DNA of 58,863 nucleotides, filler included, from Streblomastix strix (GCA_008636045.1; 3 parts of 3 records of this genome joined end to end with filler, not necessarily neighbours in it), one strand, 5' to 3'. Shown: positions 24,883 to 38,785, numbered from the whole stretch's first letter. Numbers and translations: made by a program. The notes: generated by a model not told the origin, from the sequence alone.

Positions 24883-27800
24883 ATGATGGCTATGCGCATA
24901 GGCGCAGTGAAATTAGAGCGTCCAGGATTGGAAGACTGGTACGTCTTTAATCCGAATGATGGTGAAGGGAAACCAGGGCTTAGATTGAATGGTACAGATA
25001 TATTAGGCGCTGGTTCTTTTGGCGAAGTATATAAAGGCTCTTTAGTGTAGAAAAAAGAAGACGGAACTTATGAAACGCTAAACTCAGTTGCAGTGAAGTT
25101 AGAAGAGATACAATTTGGGATATAGTCTCAACTAGAGCGCGAGAGTCACATATATACATTGATGAACGGAACAACTGGATTTCCACGAATGCATTTTTAT
25201 GGTGAAACTCACGGTTTCCGTATAATGGCAATGGATTATCTCGGCCCAAGCGTTGAGGAGATGTGGGAAAGATGCAATCGCAGGTTCTCACTGAAGTCTG
25301 TATTGATGATGGCAGAATAAATGATAACCCTGATAGAGGAGCTCCACAAGAACGGATTTATTCACCGCGATATAAAACCAGAAAATTTCCTTGTTGGTTT
25401 TGGTAAAAATTCCGGAGTGATAAACATGATTGATTTCGGACTCGCAAAACGTTATACCGACCCACAAACAGGAGCGCACATCCCGTGTGTAAGGAAACAT
25501 GACTTCACCGGCACACTTAAGTACTGCAGTGGCAATACACACGCAGGTGTTGAATAAAGCAGAAGAGACGATCTTGAAGCAGTTGCATATATATCAATAC
25601 ATCTACTGAAGGAATTTCTCCCTTGGGATGCGCTTATGGGGTTAAAACTTAAATAGAAGCTATTCAGTATTGGAGTAATGAAGAGGGAAAGAAGTGCAGC
25701 TCAACTGTGCTCGAATATGCCTGAAGAATTTGCTATATATCTGGATTACTGCAGAAGTATAATATTATATTATATTATAATTTATTAATACCAATTTCTG
25801 TATATTTTTCTTTCAGAGCTTAAATTCGATGCAGAGCCGAACTACAACTACTGTCGAGGTCTATTCCACAAAGTAGCAGCTAATCAAGGGTTATCATTGG
25901 ATGACAATATAACAGATTGGAATGTCAATATAATACAGAATATATTATAAAGAGAGAAAGAATAAGAGAAAATAAAAGAAAGAGAACTGAAAAAAGAGAA
26001 AGAGCGCGAAATTGAGATGGAAAAGGCACATAAACTGGAAAAGGAACGCGAATTAGAATTGGAGAAGCAGAAAGAATTGGAAAAGGAACGCGAATTAGAA
26101 TTAGAAAAGCAGAAAGAATAAGAAAAAGAAAAAGAACAAGAATTGGAGAAGATGCGATAATTATAGAAAGAAGAAGAAAGGAAAAGATCTGAAGCTCGTG
26201 ATCTTGAGAGGGAACAGATGCGGAATGAGAGAATCAAAGAACTGCAGATGCGAATCGATAATTTGAGACTGGCTTTCAAATAAGCTGAAAAAGATTAGGA
26301 GAATAGGAATAAGTAGTAAGGTGGTAGATCTACTACTAGATAGAGCTCTAGGAGTGCATAGGATCCAGATCTGATTAAGATTCAGTTGGAGAAAGCTGAA
26401 AGATAGCTCGAATTGTATGAGAGATAGATTAAGAGGGATAAAGATAAGGAAAAATAGAAGCAGAAGGAATTATAATAATAGACGCAAGTTCCAAGTAAGC
26501 TTGAATTAGAAACACTTAAGCCAAAAGATATATTATCTAAAGAAGATTAATAGAAAGATTCTGAAACTAACAAAGACAATCCAGAGGGAAGTGCACCCCA
26601 ACCTTAATAACAACAATAACAATAATAACAACCAGTTCCTGATCCACAAATATTCTGGGAAGAGTATCATGCATAGAAAAGGAAAGAAGCTCTTGAAAGG
26701 ATCAAGATAAGAGAATTGAAACGTATGCGTGAAAAGGAAAAACAGATTGAAAAGGAAATTGAAGAGCAGATGAAATTAAAGGAAGAGAAAGAATTGAGGG
26801 AAAAATTTGCCAGAGAAAAAGAGATAGAGAAAATTAAATAGTAACTAAAAGATGAAGAAGAGAAGAAGAACAAGTTGGAATAAGAAGAAAGAGAGCAAAG
26901 GAAATAAATAAGGGAGAAGAAACTATAGGAATTGAGAGACAAAAGGAAGTAGAGAGAATCTATGAAACTTCTGATTAAATATGAGAAGGGGAAAAGTAAG
27001 GATATAGAAAATGAGAAATAAGATGGAAATAAGGATAAAGAAAAAGAAAAAGAAAATAAATAGGAAAAAGAGAAATAATAAGATAAAGATAAAGATAAAG
27101 AAAATAAGTAAGAAAACAAAAAAGATTAGAAACTTGAACAAATAAAAGAGTAGATAAAAGAATTAGAAAAGGAATAGGAGAAAGAAAAAGCTAAAATTGA
27201 AGAAATCAAAAAAGAAAAAGTCAAAGAAAACAATCAATAATTACAATAATAATAGTAACCACCTGAAGAAAACAAATCCGTATAATTGGATATTATTGAT
27301 GATGATTCTTCGAGTGGTCTTGCTAGTTTAGTAGATACATCACAGTTTGAACTTGAATAATAAGAAATGGAGAAGAAAATACAAAATGAAGAGTTACTCG
27401 ACAAAGAAAAAGAAGGCGAAGAAAAACTGGATCGTGAAAACAAAGCTAAAAAATTAGAATTGCTCCAGTAATAGGAGTAAGAATTATAGCGTCTTCAGAA
27501 ATAGGTTGATGAAATCAAAGCACTCGATGATGAAGAGCAAAGCAACTCGATGGAACAAACCATTTCATTCGATTCTGTGTCACTGGACACCAACAACCAA
27601 ATCCACATATCACTTATCTCCCAATCTAATCTTGCTTCTGAATTCAACTTCAGTAATGTGGAAGATGGAAATCAATAATAAGTTGAGAATGCTAAATCCC
27701 CAAGATAATAATTTGCTTAACAAACTAACCCAGCACAGATTTCACAGCGGAAGTCAACTGGGGGATTAATTCCACTTAGAGATTTTAAATAGGACAAAAT

Positions 27801-30800
27801 ATCTAATATGGATACATTAGGAAAGAATAAAGATGAAGAGAAGTTGAAAGATGGAATAAATCAGACTTAGGCTTAAAATTTGGTAAGTCACAAATCTCAG
27901 CTGTCACTGCCTCCACATTCCCCTAAGCCCAGTTTTATTGACATCAACAATGAAACATCCAACAAAAACAATGAAACGTCCAGTAGAGGATATAGCAAAG
28001 AATAGCAGAGCAATATTTAAAGCAAATTAAAGCTTCAAACTCAGGATTCTGGAAGTAGACTGATGTCACCACCTGCAACTACTACTACATCATCTTCATC
28101 ATCATCAACAACATCAATATTTTCTCCACAATCTCAATAAGCCAATTCAAACAGAACATCTTCTCCAATAACAACAAATAGTCAAATGAATGTGAACCAA
28201 AATCCGACTAAAATACTGTCGCCAATTGGAAGCATATCTCTGAGTCCAATAAACCAGCCAAAGACACCAGACAACATCTAATATGCATCAGCATCAGTGA
28301 GTCCATCTTAAATACTGCCTCCAATAAGTCCTTCACAAGACTCACTAAAGGACTTTGACACCATCCAACTATCAGCGCGAGATATATGCCCAAATTCTCC
28401 TGAGACAAACACTGAACAATTTGGGACGCAGTTGTTGCCTGATGATTTTGGAGATAGTCCTGGAACAAATAAAGAGTAATAACTACAGAAAGAATCAAAA
28501 CTGAAGATATCTGAAGTAAGCAGAGATGATCCAAGCCCAAAAAGAGATTAGACACCGCCAATTAGCATGATATAGAGTCCTATAATATTATAGTAATAAT
28601 AGTAATAGTAATAATAATCAGGGTATAATACTCTGACTAAGATGTCCAAATCTTAAACAACAGCTGTGTTGAATAAGATGTCACCAACAATTAGATAATC
28701 TGATTAAGGAGGAATGATGATTTAGAGGCCAGTATCTCCAAAGCCTTCAATTATTCAACTATCAAAAGCTAAACTTTCATCCAGAGAACATCAATAATAA
28801 TAACAATAATAATAAACTTCTAACAAAGCTTAAAATGATAAATCTCCAACTCGTGAGCAACAAACTCCATTACACAAAAACTTTTCTAATCCAAATCTTC
28901 CTATTTCTAATGACAATTAATAAAATGATTTAAGTTCACGTTCCAAATCACCTCAAAGCGGAAAACAAAAGTTTGTTATTCCTGAATTGAAGATGCATCT
29001 TCTCTCACCAAACCCACAGTTGTAAGAGTTTGAGAAACAATAATAGATCAGCTTAGATAATAAAGTTAATGGATCGAACTCGAATGCTGATTAATAATAA
29101 AAATAACTTTAATAGCATTAAACATCATCTTCTTCATCATCGTCATCAAAAGGTCCAGGTCCACATCTTAACCCCAAATTAATTGAAGATATTTAATTAT
29201 AAGCTGGGTCTGTGAAAGATAGATCAAAAGAATCTAAAAATCTCAATCAGACAAATACTTCTGATTTGAAGAAGGATAAAGATAAGGTAAAAGACAAAGA
29301 TGTAACCAAAGATAAATCTGATGAAGAAAAAGACAAATTGGAACAAATTGCTAAAAGAAAGAAAGAACTGGAAGAAAGAAGAAGAGAAATTGAAGAGAAG
29401 AAAAAGAAAGATGAAACTGAAGATAAGCGAAAAAAAGATGATGAAGAGAAAAAGAAAAATGAAGATGAAAATCGAAAGAAAAAAGAAGTTGATGATAAGA
29501 AGAAAAAAGAATTGGAAGAAAAACGCAAAGAATATGATGAGAAAAAGAAAGATTCTGATGATAAAAGAAAAGAATTTGATGAAAAAAAGAAAGATATTGA
29601 TGATAAAAAGAAAGATATTGATGAAAAAAAGAAAGATTCTGAAGATAAGCGTAAAGATATAGATGATAAACGTAAAGATGTTGATGATAAAAAGAAAGAT
29701 TCAGAAGATAAACGAAAGAAAGAATATGATGAGAAGAAGAAGAAAGAAGAAGAATAAAGAAAGAAGGATGAAGAAGAAAGAAAAAGAAAAGATGAAGAAT
29801 TAAAGAAGAAAAGAGAAGAATTGGAAAGAAGAAGAAAAGAAATTGAAGATCGAAGAAGATCAAAAGAAATTGATCAGAATTCTGAGATACACGATGAAGA
29901 CAAAATCAAGAAAGATATCGATGATCAAATAAAGAAAGTTGATGACTAAGAAAAAAGAAGGAAAACAGAAACAGATGAAAAGAAGAAGATATAAGAAACA
30001 GAAAAGAAGAGAAATGATGATGAAAATGAAAAGAAGAGAAAAGAAGAATTTGAAAAGATCAAAAAAGCTGAAGATGAAGTTCAAAGAAAGAAACAGGAGA
30101 TTCAATTGTTGATGCAGATGATGTAACAGACTCAAGAAAAGACTAAAACACAATCAGATGAAAAAGAAAAAGAAAATCCTAAGAAAGAACCAGATGAGAA
30201 TTCTTCATCTATAAAAGTATCCTTAAGTCATCCATCTAAACACAAAGCTACAAATTCATTGGATGATAAATCTTCATATAATGAAAGGAATATTACATCT
30301 CCATCATAACTACAATAATAACAATAATAATAAGATGTAGAATAGTAAAAAGAATTAGATGCAGAAAGAGAGAAAGAAAAAGAGAAAGAAAAACAGATAT
30401 TATAAATGAAAGAAAGAGATTTACTGAAACTTCCAACTAAAGAGAAAGATAATGCATTGATTGTTCTACTTAGATTAGCACTCCAATAATAGCAGAAACT
30501 TTCAGACAAATCAAAGCAAATATAACAACTGCGAAGTCGTGTTGATGAATTAGAGAAACCAATCTCTAAATTGAATGTCTCATTCACATCACATCGTCCA
30601 TAATATCATCCATAGCAAGATTAAAGTAATTCACAGGCCAAATCAGACCGAGAAATGAATCAATATCCAAGCAAATCTCCACAAATGAGTTATGCGGTTC
30701 CGAATCAACAATTGGGATCACTTTTCTATAATCCAGTTGAAAATGCATCACCGACAGGAGATCATTCAATTTCATTTCCTATTCCAACATCACCAATTGT

Positions 30801-33072
30801 GCAATCTATTTCACCAGGTTAACAGCAATTCATTCAAGAAGTGAAATAACTCGGTTTCCCATAGGTTGCACAGTTTTATGACTCGCAACCTGAGAATAGA
30901 AGAAAATCAGCTCATTCGAGGCATGTTTCAGTTGGAACTACATCTACTTTTGCATTATTATAAGGATAAAACATACAATAAAATTCTCCATCTCCAAGTC
31001 CTGAACCAATTATTGATCAATAGATTATTTCATATGGTCCATCACAAACATAGATTGATAAAGATTCTAACCAATAGAAGCAAACAACCAAATCATATTC
31101 AGGACATTCAAGATCTTCATCTCAGCAAATGTCAGGACAACACTAATCCACATAATAACTTCAACCATCACAATAATCTGGTTCATCTACAACTAAGAAA
31201 GGATAAACACGTCAGTCAGTTTTGAACACAGCCAATCCTGGGATCTTTTCTCCAATCGCAGAAACAGATTAATTGAACCAACCAACAACACCCAAATAAC
31301 CAAATCTAATTATAGACAGCATAAATAGTCTTTCGCCCAAATCTTCGTAATAGTAATACTTAACAGCATCACAACTGCTCAATCCCACTTCACCAGAGAG
31401 AACACCACTGCCAACACAGCCAGGTCATTTCAAATCTGTAGCAAGAAAGACTGTAAACAATGTAGACTAATATCAGATAAGAAGTGAATAATCTAAATTA
31501 AGATAGAGCGTTGGCGAGAAATAAATAGACAACAAAGAAAGATAATATCCAGATCGACAACCTGCAGGAGGTGGACTGATACCAACGAACTCACAAAGCG
31601 GTGGAAGATCAAAACATCTTCTTGATAGGTCAGATATACCAATTCTAACATCAGTATCACCACAGCCATATATGGGCTAAAATACTACACACCACTCGCG
31701 AGACACACAAAACTTCTCTCCAACTCCGATTTCACCAGCAAACACTGGACAATCGAGAACATTGAAGAGATCTGAGACTTTGGCTTATTCACCGACTTTG
31801 CAGAGAGAATAGAATCCACATCACGAGAAGAATAGATCAGCTGGTTTGAATCAGTTTAAATCTGAAGGTAAAGAAGACGAATCTGGAAACGATAAATAAG
31901 ATAATGTGTTTAGATTGTTTGGTGACAAACCTTTATTGGGTAAATCTTCATCATCGAACAAATTAGACTCAACAAGATCTTCAAAATAAGATTAAGAATC
32001 AGATGGGAAGCATAACAGAATCCCATCATTTGATAAAAAGAAAGAAGAAAAGTACAAAAGACGGGATTCATAAGGATAATACATAGAATAAGAAAGTGGA
32101 AGAAGCAGCACTTCAGATGGTGGAATTGATAAAAGCGACCGATTAGATGAAATTATTGCTAATTCGTATATACCAGAAAGCAATGCAGATAAAGATTTTA
32201 ATCAATCATAATAGTTTAATTCGCTTAAATCCGGTAGTAGGCGTTCCAGATCATTTATGTCGCTTGAACCTAATATATCAAAGCCACCTTCTCCGATATT
32301 TAGTTCATAATCAGGATCAGGATCAGATAATTTTAATAAATCAAATAAGACTTCTGTAAATCAAGATAAAGACAGTGACAGTTAATCCCAATCTGGAAAG
32401 GGTAGTTTATATTCATCTCAGACAAGCGGAGCATCTCGGAAGACTCCGCTTGACAATCCACAACCTTTTGCACCATAGACATTATCGAGATCATAAACAC
32501 ATGCTGATGTTAATTCAGAGAAAGAATCTGAACAATAAAAATATAAACCAAGTAAAAACAGAGATGCTGAAGAAGATGAAGGAAAATAAACTTTGAAATC
32601 TATTCGTTCATCAGACCAGAGTTAATAAAAAGAAAGCAAGAACACTGGTGATTTAAGCTCATCCAGTTCAAAATCGCAGATTAAAACCAAATCTCCAATG
32701 TCGACATAATATTAATAACTAACTTCACCATCACCTTCGTAACCATCAACACACGCCACTTCGCCTTAATCGCATTAAACTGTTTTTACTTCAGCTTTCT
32801 CATCTCTGATATCGCCAACATAGACGGTTCATTCAAGTTAATCAACATAATAACCATCTTAATCTTCATCTTCACATCAATCGTCAACATCAACTTCAGA
32901 TCAATAACATCATTAATAACCAACTCAATCAACTGCTTCATAATCTTAGATACACTTACCAACATAATCAAGTTAATCGCATCCAACTCCTTCAAATGTT
33001 TCAACTCAACCTCTAAGTTCAACTTCATCTTCATCATCGTAAGTTCCTCCTAAAAATCCGAACAAGCACTGA
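24883..33072 (+). CDS. Casein kinase 1 family kinase with ~2400-aa charged/Gln/Ser-rich C-terminal extension
   Basis: GAGSFGEVY, VAVKLE, LGPS, HRDIKPENFL, IDFGLAKRY, TGTLKYCS, GVEQSRRDDLE. Intron 25757-25816; same frame to TGA at 33070-33072 (~2700 aa; frame spot-checked). Confidence 0.88.
29480..29745 (+). repeat. Coding ~21-bp tandem repeat (DIDDKKK/DSEDKRK heptads)
   Basis: Repeats of GATATTGATGATAAAAAGAAA-like units within the CK1 tail. Confidence 0.8.
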
Positions 33073-33599
33073 ATTAAACACTTCACCAAATATTGGATAA
33101 AATTATGCATTAAGTTAATCTACAGAGTTTAGGTTGATTATTAAAATAGCAGAAATTTTTTCTGGATAAATTTTATTTCAATATTTAGTTTTTGATAAAT
33201 ATTTTTTTGTATTAATTTATATATTTATTCACTATTCACTTGAGAACTTATATAAAACTAATAAAAATGAAATAAATCTTTAAATCAGCTAACATTTTTA
33301 ATAACAGCATAACTTTGATATTTAAAAGAAAGAGAATTAAATTTGGTACTCTTCATATTATTATTCATAATTGCATCAATCAAAAAATTATTTTAGAAAA
33401 CATTTATTTCAGGAACACAATATCTACTTTTTTGATCAAACTGAGAGTTTCATAGCGATAAAATCCATTAATATACGTTAAAATCTTCATTTTGGGGATT
33501 AAATATAAATCTAATAAAATTTGAATATGAATTTTTTGATAAAAAATATTATTTGTCAGAGTGGAAAAAAATAATTTACTTTTTGAGATGAGCAAGTAA

Positions 33600-33900
33600 T
33601 TAGGTCGTCCTAGCTTCTACTTCAAAGCACCATTGATGCGTTAGACATGCATAATTCATTATGTTACTTCTGACTTATTAAAGAAAAAAAAAGAGTTACA
33701 ACTATTTTTTTCTTCAATTTTAAACCATACTAGCTCGTTTACATTGCATGCAGCTAATTTGGAGTTTGTTGAATATTAAAAATCAGTACTTGCCAGGATA
33801 TACGTTTGAGGTAAATTTTTCTGAACCATACGATGGCTTAGGACAAATGGATGGTATCTTTGGCAATTATGCACAAAGCATTAAGAAAATAAAAAAACTA
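33600..33900 (+). pseudogene. DNA transposase remnant, superfamily uncertain
   Basis: YTFEVNFSEPYDGLGQMDGIFGNY resembles the NFFxxxHGKGxxDGxxG motif of DDE-type transposases. Confidence 0.35.
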
Positions 33901-34031
33901 CAATGGTGGGTAATATAAATTATTCTTGAAAATAATGAATGTGTAGATCAATATGAATGATAACTTTATTTATATGAAGTTGTGGTGGGTAACAAAATCC
34001 GTTTGCATTACGCTCTGTTGTTCCGTACTCA

Positions 34032-34100
34032 TAACTAGTTAACTGATTATGCTACAGACCAACATAGCTCATGCAAACGGCTATTGCTTATTAGAGTATT
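34032..34100. repeat. DIRS inverted terminal repeat (3' end of element)
   Basis: TAACTAGTTAACTGATTATGCTACAGACC...AGAGTATT is the reverse complement of 38717-38785, with 4 mismatches in 69 bp. Confidence 0.93.
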
Positions 34101-34109
34101 TGTAGTTGA

Positions 34110-35150
34110 AAGAATGTGTGGCATTCTAATGTAGTTTCTAACAGTCAGTCCATAACTTCACTGCAATTAGCCCTATAATAATATTTCTACAGTGTTTTTG
34201 TCGGGTCGGAATATATTGACCATACATTTATCATTGTTATAAGATATCCCAGATTTATCGTTTTTGTGATTAGTGCAGCTCCTAATTCAGTAATTATCTG
34301 TTTATATGGAAGATATGCAGCTTTAATAATCAACTTCACTTATTAAGAGCATATATCAGCTGACGCCGGTTTATTATGACTTTAATCTCACCAATGAATC
34401 TGCTTATTATTGCTTTTTTATTTCTGAATATTCTACCAATGTGAAAACCAATGTATAGGACGGATTGCAGGATCTTTTGCTCTCTTTATTGTTAGGAAGA
34501 CATAACCTCCTCCGACATTATCTATGTGTGTATGAAGCATGAACTATTCGCTCGTAAGTGACTCGACTTAGAGCGTCGATCTTTGTAATTCTGCGATTGT
34601 TCCTGTTATGATGGTAATTTTTAAGGCTAAGATAATTCCTTATAAATCATCTTATTCCATTTCATTTATCTATTCGACTCTTGCTCGCATATATCTGAGA
34701 AGATCATCGATATTGTATGTTTCTCTATCTTAAATTCCATTCGTATTATTTTTTCTTTCTTTTTTAGTAAATATAGAAGTGGTATTGTTGTAAATTTTAT
34801 TTTCTGGGTGTCCAAGAGATATCAACAGAGTAGAGATAACATTTTTTATATTTGGGATTGCAGATGATGATAATCATTATTTCTTTAACCAAGCTACTAA
34901 GTTAATAATGAATATTTATGAATGTTTAATTTCCACATGATCAGAAGGTGACAAATTATTCAATTGGTGGAATTTTATTAAATGTAATAAATCAGGTTTA
35001 TGTCTTCTCCTAGATCCTTTGATTTGTTTTATTCAGTTTTTAATAGCAATATCTGAAGCACCAATTGATTTCATTGCGTACCTATACAATACTTCTCCTC
35101 GTCTTCCTTATTCTTGCCTGAAACTAAAATCGCCAGAAGCTCTCCTGGAG
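34110..35150 (-). pseudogene. DIRS tyrosine recombinase
   Basis: ITGTIAELQR, DPAIRPIHWF, ITELGAALIT, WSIYS...TLQKYYYRAN; the catalytic Arg/His positions appear substituted. Confidence 0.75.
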
Positions 35151-37050
35151 GTAGAGCCTATCCTCATCTTGTCGCAATTGGGCCATTTCAAAGAATTTGA
35201 TTTGACTACCCTATATTACTTTGCTTTATTGTCATTTATTGAATCAGAGGCATCCAGTATTATCCTTCCCAATTTGGGATTATCATTATTGCAGTAACTT
35301 TTTTCTTATTTCATTCTTTGAAGACAATGTCCGATCAGAGGTATTGGATGATGTATCACAGGTTATTCTGCTTTCCAGCTTATGCTAAATACATCTCGCG
35401 CAATGTCAGGGTGATAAAAACTTATTGTGCAATACCATTTAGTCAATTTTTTTTTATTTACGAGGAGATCTATGGTAAGAATGAACGGCATCGTCTTAAA
35501 CACTAATTCTGCTATTCTCTTCCTGAAGTGATAATCTCCAACTCCGTTCAATCGATATAACGAGTCTATTGTTCGATTCTCTATTCCTGGAATAAATGTT
35601 GCTTTCAGTTGAATTTGAAGATTTTCAGCTTATTGAAGTGTTTGATCTGTGAGATATGAAAAAGTTCTAAAAAAATTCTTCCTATTGGTATTGAAACTTG
35701 TTGTCGTATTGTCCGTTCTCAAGTGAATAGATTGGATTTTTTTCTCTTGCAATTGCTATCCGAATCGGAGAAGAGCGCAATACATTGCAGCCAATTCTCT
35801 TTAATTATTTATTTGAGGATCCACTTCTTTTTCAATTTGGCTCCACACTTAATTTCTGTATTTTGATTAATTATCTGAAACATTGCGCCTCTTCTTCGTC
35901 TAGATGCGTCTGCTATTAGAATTGCTTAAGGTGGAATTATCTGGTAATGTTGGGGAGTGTGTTTTCTATTCAGTGATAAGTTCCAACTCCAGTCTCGTCT
36001 TAGTTTAGGATTCAGCTATAGATAACTGGTCCAACCTTACTGTCTTTATGCATGTGTTAATATCTTATAGAGAAACTTCATGTATAGAAGAATTCGAGGA
36101 AATTATTGTTTCTGGAATACTAGCTTTCATATAGTCTTTGTCAGCTCTCGTGTATGAACTATTTGTTCTCTATTGAATCTTCAATTCCATTTAAGCAGTT
36201 TGTTAATCATGATTCTTCTTCTTTCTTCTATCATTCGAATCGTTAAGTCTTTAAAGTTCCACATCCATCCTAAGTACTTAATTTCTTACATTGAAATTAG
36301 AACTAACTTAGGACTGATGATCCATCCTAAATTATCCAATATTTGAATTACTTTATTTGTTTTTTGATGGAGAAGAGTTGGCTCCTAGCAATGTATGAAG
36401 ATATCGTCGAAATAAGCCACTACTCAAATACCTTCCTTTCTTATTATTTAGATGGTTGATTAAAGATGTTTATGAAAGATGAAAGGAGCAGTTTTCATGC
36501 CAAAAGGCATTTCTATGTAGGTATATGTTTGGTGATTAAAGGCGATTGCCAGAAATTACTGAAGTTCCTTAGCTACTTGGATGTGATTATATGCATTGTG
36601 AATGTCTATCACTGTCGCTCAATCGATTATCAATGATAGCTGCGTGACTGTCTTAATATCCTCGCTTTTAAAGGAATCTTCTTTAAGGAATTTATTAATT
36701 GGTCTACAATCTAGAATTTTTCTCAGACTTTTATCTTTTCTTGGAATGATGAATGTACTATTGAAGAACAACGCTTCTTCTTTCTTAATTTTTTTTAACA
36801 ATTCCTTACTTTTTTTCTTCTTCTAGTACTTGTTAATGTAACATCTTTTCTTAAATTGTACCTTGGAATTCTGAATATTACCGATTTTACAGATGAAGAT
36901 TAGGCGTATCTGGATGAATCCAATTAGCTAGTGCTCTTTAATCCAATATCTTATTTGCATTATTCTTCTTCCATGCAGTTTAATATCTTTATAATTTTGC
37001 TCCTATTCCATTAGGAACAATGCTAGATGTGAATTGAATCTGTTTGACTT
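35150..37050 (-). pseudogene. DIRS pol: reverse transcriptase, RNase H, Dam-like methyltransferase domain
   Basis: LRKILDCR, D*ATVIDIHNAYNHI, MPFGMKTAP, YFDD (36403-36414), LGW; RNase H ADAS, RELAA, RTDNTT, FIPG; MT-like IDLL...YCT...DVFSISW...IHHPIPLI. Confidence 0.9.
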
Positions 37051-38648
37051 TCTGAATTTGATCTAAGAAGATATTCCTGTTGTTTAAGTTGAGATTATAA
37101 GTTATTGTTTAAGATATAGTCTTTATTTGAATATGGTTTTCTTTTGAATTCATCCTATTTTAATATTTAATTTTTTGATTCGTAATGATTATTCCTACAT
37201 CTTGAATTGTTTCGAAGATGATATTTGACTTAATAGTTTGAAGAGATCATATTTTATTCTTTGTTTTTAAAATCATATTTTCTATAAATTTGTCTTTCTT
37301 TTTTAGTTAGATTATCATCATCTTTTGATTGATCTTGATCGTTTTGGAAGATCTTTTATGTTGAATAATCTGTATTTGTTTGTGAATTATCAATTTATTT
37401 GAGAAGAATATCTAAATTTGATTATCTTCTTTAAGATTTTAACAGACGCAGATTACAACTCTATTTGGTACGCAATTCTATTATTTCTGAAGTATTTTAA
37501 ATTTATTTTTATATATTAATCATTACTTGGATTATCAATCAGATTAATCAGATTGTCAGCAGGAGTTTATTGGACAGGTATTAAATTGGATTATTTATAG
37601 TTTAAGTAACCTCTTCTGTATCTTTTTCCTCTTCCTGGGCTTCTTCTTCGACTTGACGCAGATCTTGAATTCGAGTACAATATTTGAAAGCTTCTATTTT
37701 TATTAGAGCTATGGCTTGAACTGACCGATCTTTCTTCCTTCATCGCCTTCTTCTCTTTGGAACTAAATGCTGCCGAAGTTAGGGGTTTATTGTAGCTAAA
37801 TCTTGATCTTCGATTGTCCAAATGCTGTTTACTTAATTGTTACGCCTCACCGGTTGCTTATCCAATCTGCTCGAAGATGTCCAGAATACGTTCTGCAGCC
37901 TCCAGCTTTCCTTTTTGAATAATAGCTTTAGCTGCTTAAACGTTTGTGCTTTATGCTGCAACTAGATTTCTGATTAAGCTTCCATACTATGGAGTTTTCT
38001 CACCTTCAACAATTTCTGGATGCATTGCAATCTTCAATAGAGATAGATCTACTCGTGATCTTTCATTTAATGCTTTAATGTGGTTTTCGTCAAACTCTGG
38101 GACAAGTGGATCATAACCTTTAGCTTTTTAGTTTATTCTTGAAGTTATTAATCGTATTGCTACTTTTCTATTATCTTTTTGTTTTTCTTAGCCGTTGGAG
38201 CTAGCTTATTGAAGATTTCCTTAGCATCAGGATCTTGAGGGGCAAGCTAATCTGTTTCTGAACTTTCAGCTTCAGTTTCTAATTCATCTCCAAGCAGGCT
38301 TCTACGCTGTATGCCTTTAAAATCAGGTTCTTCACTTTCGGTTGAAGTTTCATCGTCTGAATCATCATATAACTCAGCACGTGTTCGACGAAGCGGTTCT
38401 AAGTTTGCGTTGCGTACTTCTTCATCACCAGACGTTTACCAAACATCTAAGTTATCGTCTTCGGTGGATTGTGGGACGGGAGATGCGGCATAATCATCGT
38501 CATCTTTATAGTTGCATTCCATCGCGTTTATGAAGTCATCGAATGACATTTCAGCCCGCACGCGAACAAGATAGTCATTTTCGTTATCAGCGTGTTCAAT
38601 TGAGTCATTATCGGATTGATTAACCTGATGGCGTTAATGATGTGCCAT
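37050..38648 (-). pseudogene. DIRS gag-like ORF
   Basis: ATG at 38648 just inside the 5' ITR; long R/S/Q-rich frame upstream of RT; 3' boundary approximate. Confidence 0.6.
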
Positions 38649-38716
38649 ACCGATTCAAGTGTGCATAAATACGGAAAAAAACTTTTTGAGGCTAACACAT
38701 AGCAATAGGCACTCGT

Positions 38717-38785
38717 AATACTTTAATAAACAATAGCTGTTTGCATGAGCTATGTTGGTCTGTAGCATAATCAGTTAACTGGTTA
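38717..38785. repeat. DIRS inverted terminal repeat (5' end of element)
   Basis: Reverse complement of 34032-34100. Confidence 0.93.

Larger units (their letters stand above)
34032..38785 (-). mobile_element. Full-length decayed DIRS-type tyrosine-recombinase retrotransposon
   Basis: 69-bp inverted termini enclosing gag, RT, RNase H, MT-like and YR domains in DIRS order; several stops. Confidence 0.92.

Noticed and set aside
29480..29745. Regular repeats resembling a CRISPR or non-coding array
   Set aside because: No unique spacers; in-frame coding heptads.
25884..30587. Phe/Ser/Leu-rich minus-strand ORFs in the track that look like membrane proteins
   Set aside because: Antisense shadows of the E/K-rich CK1 tail.
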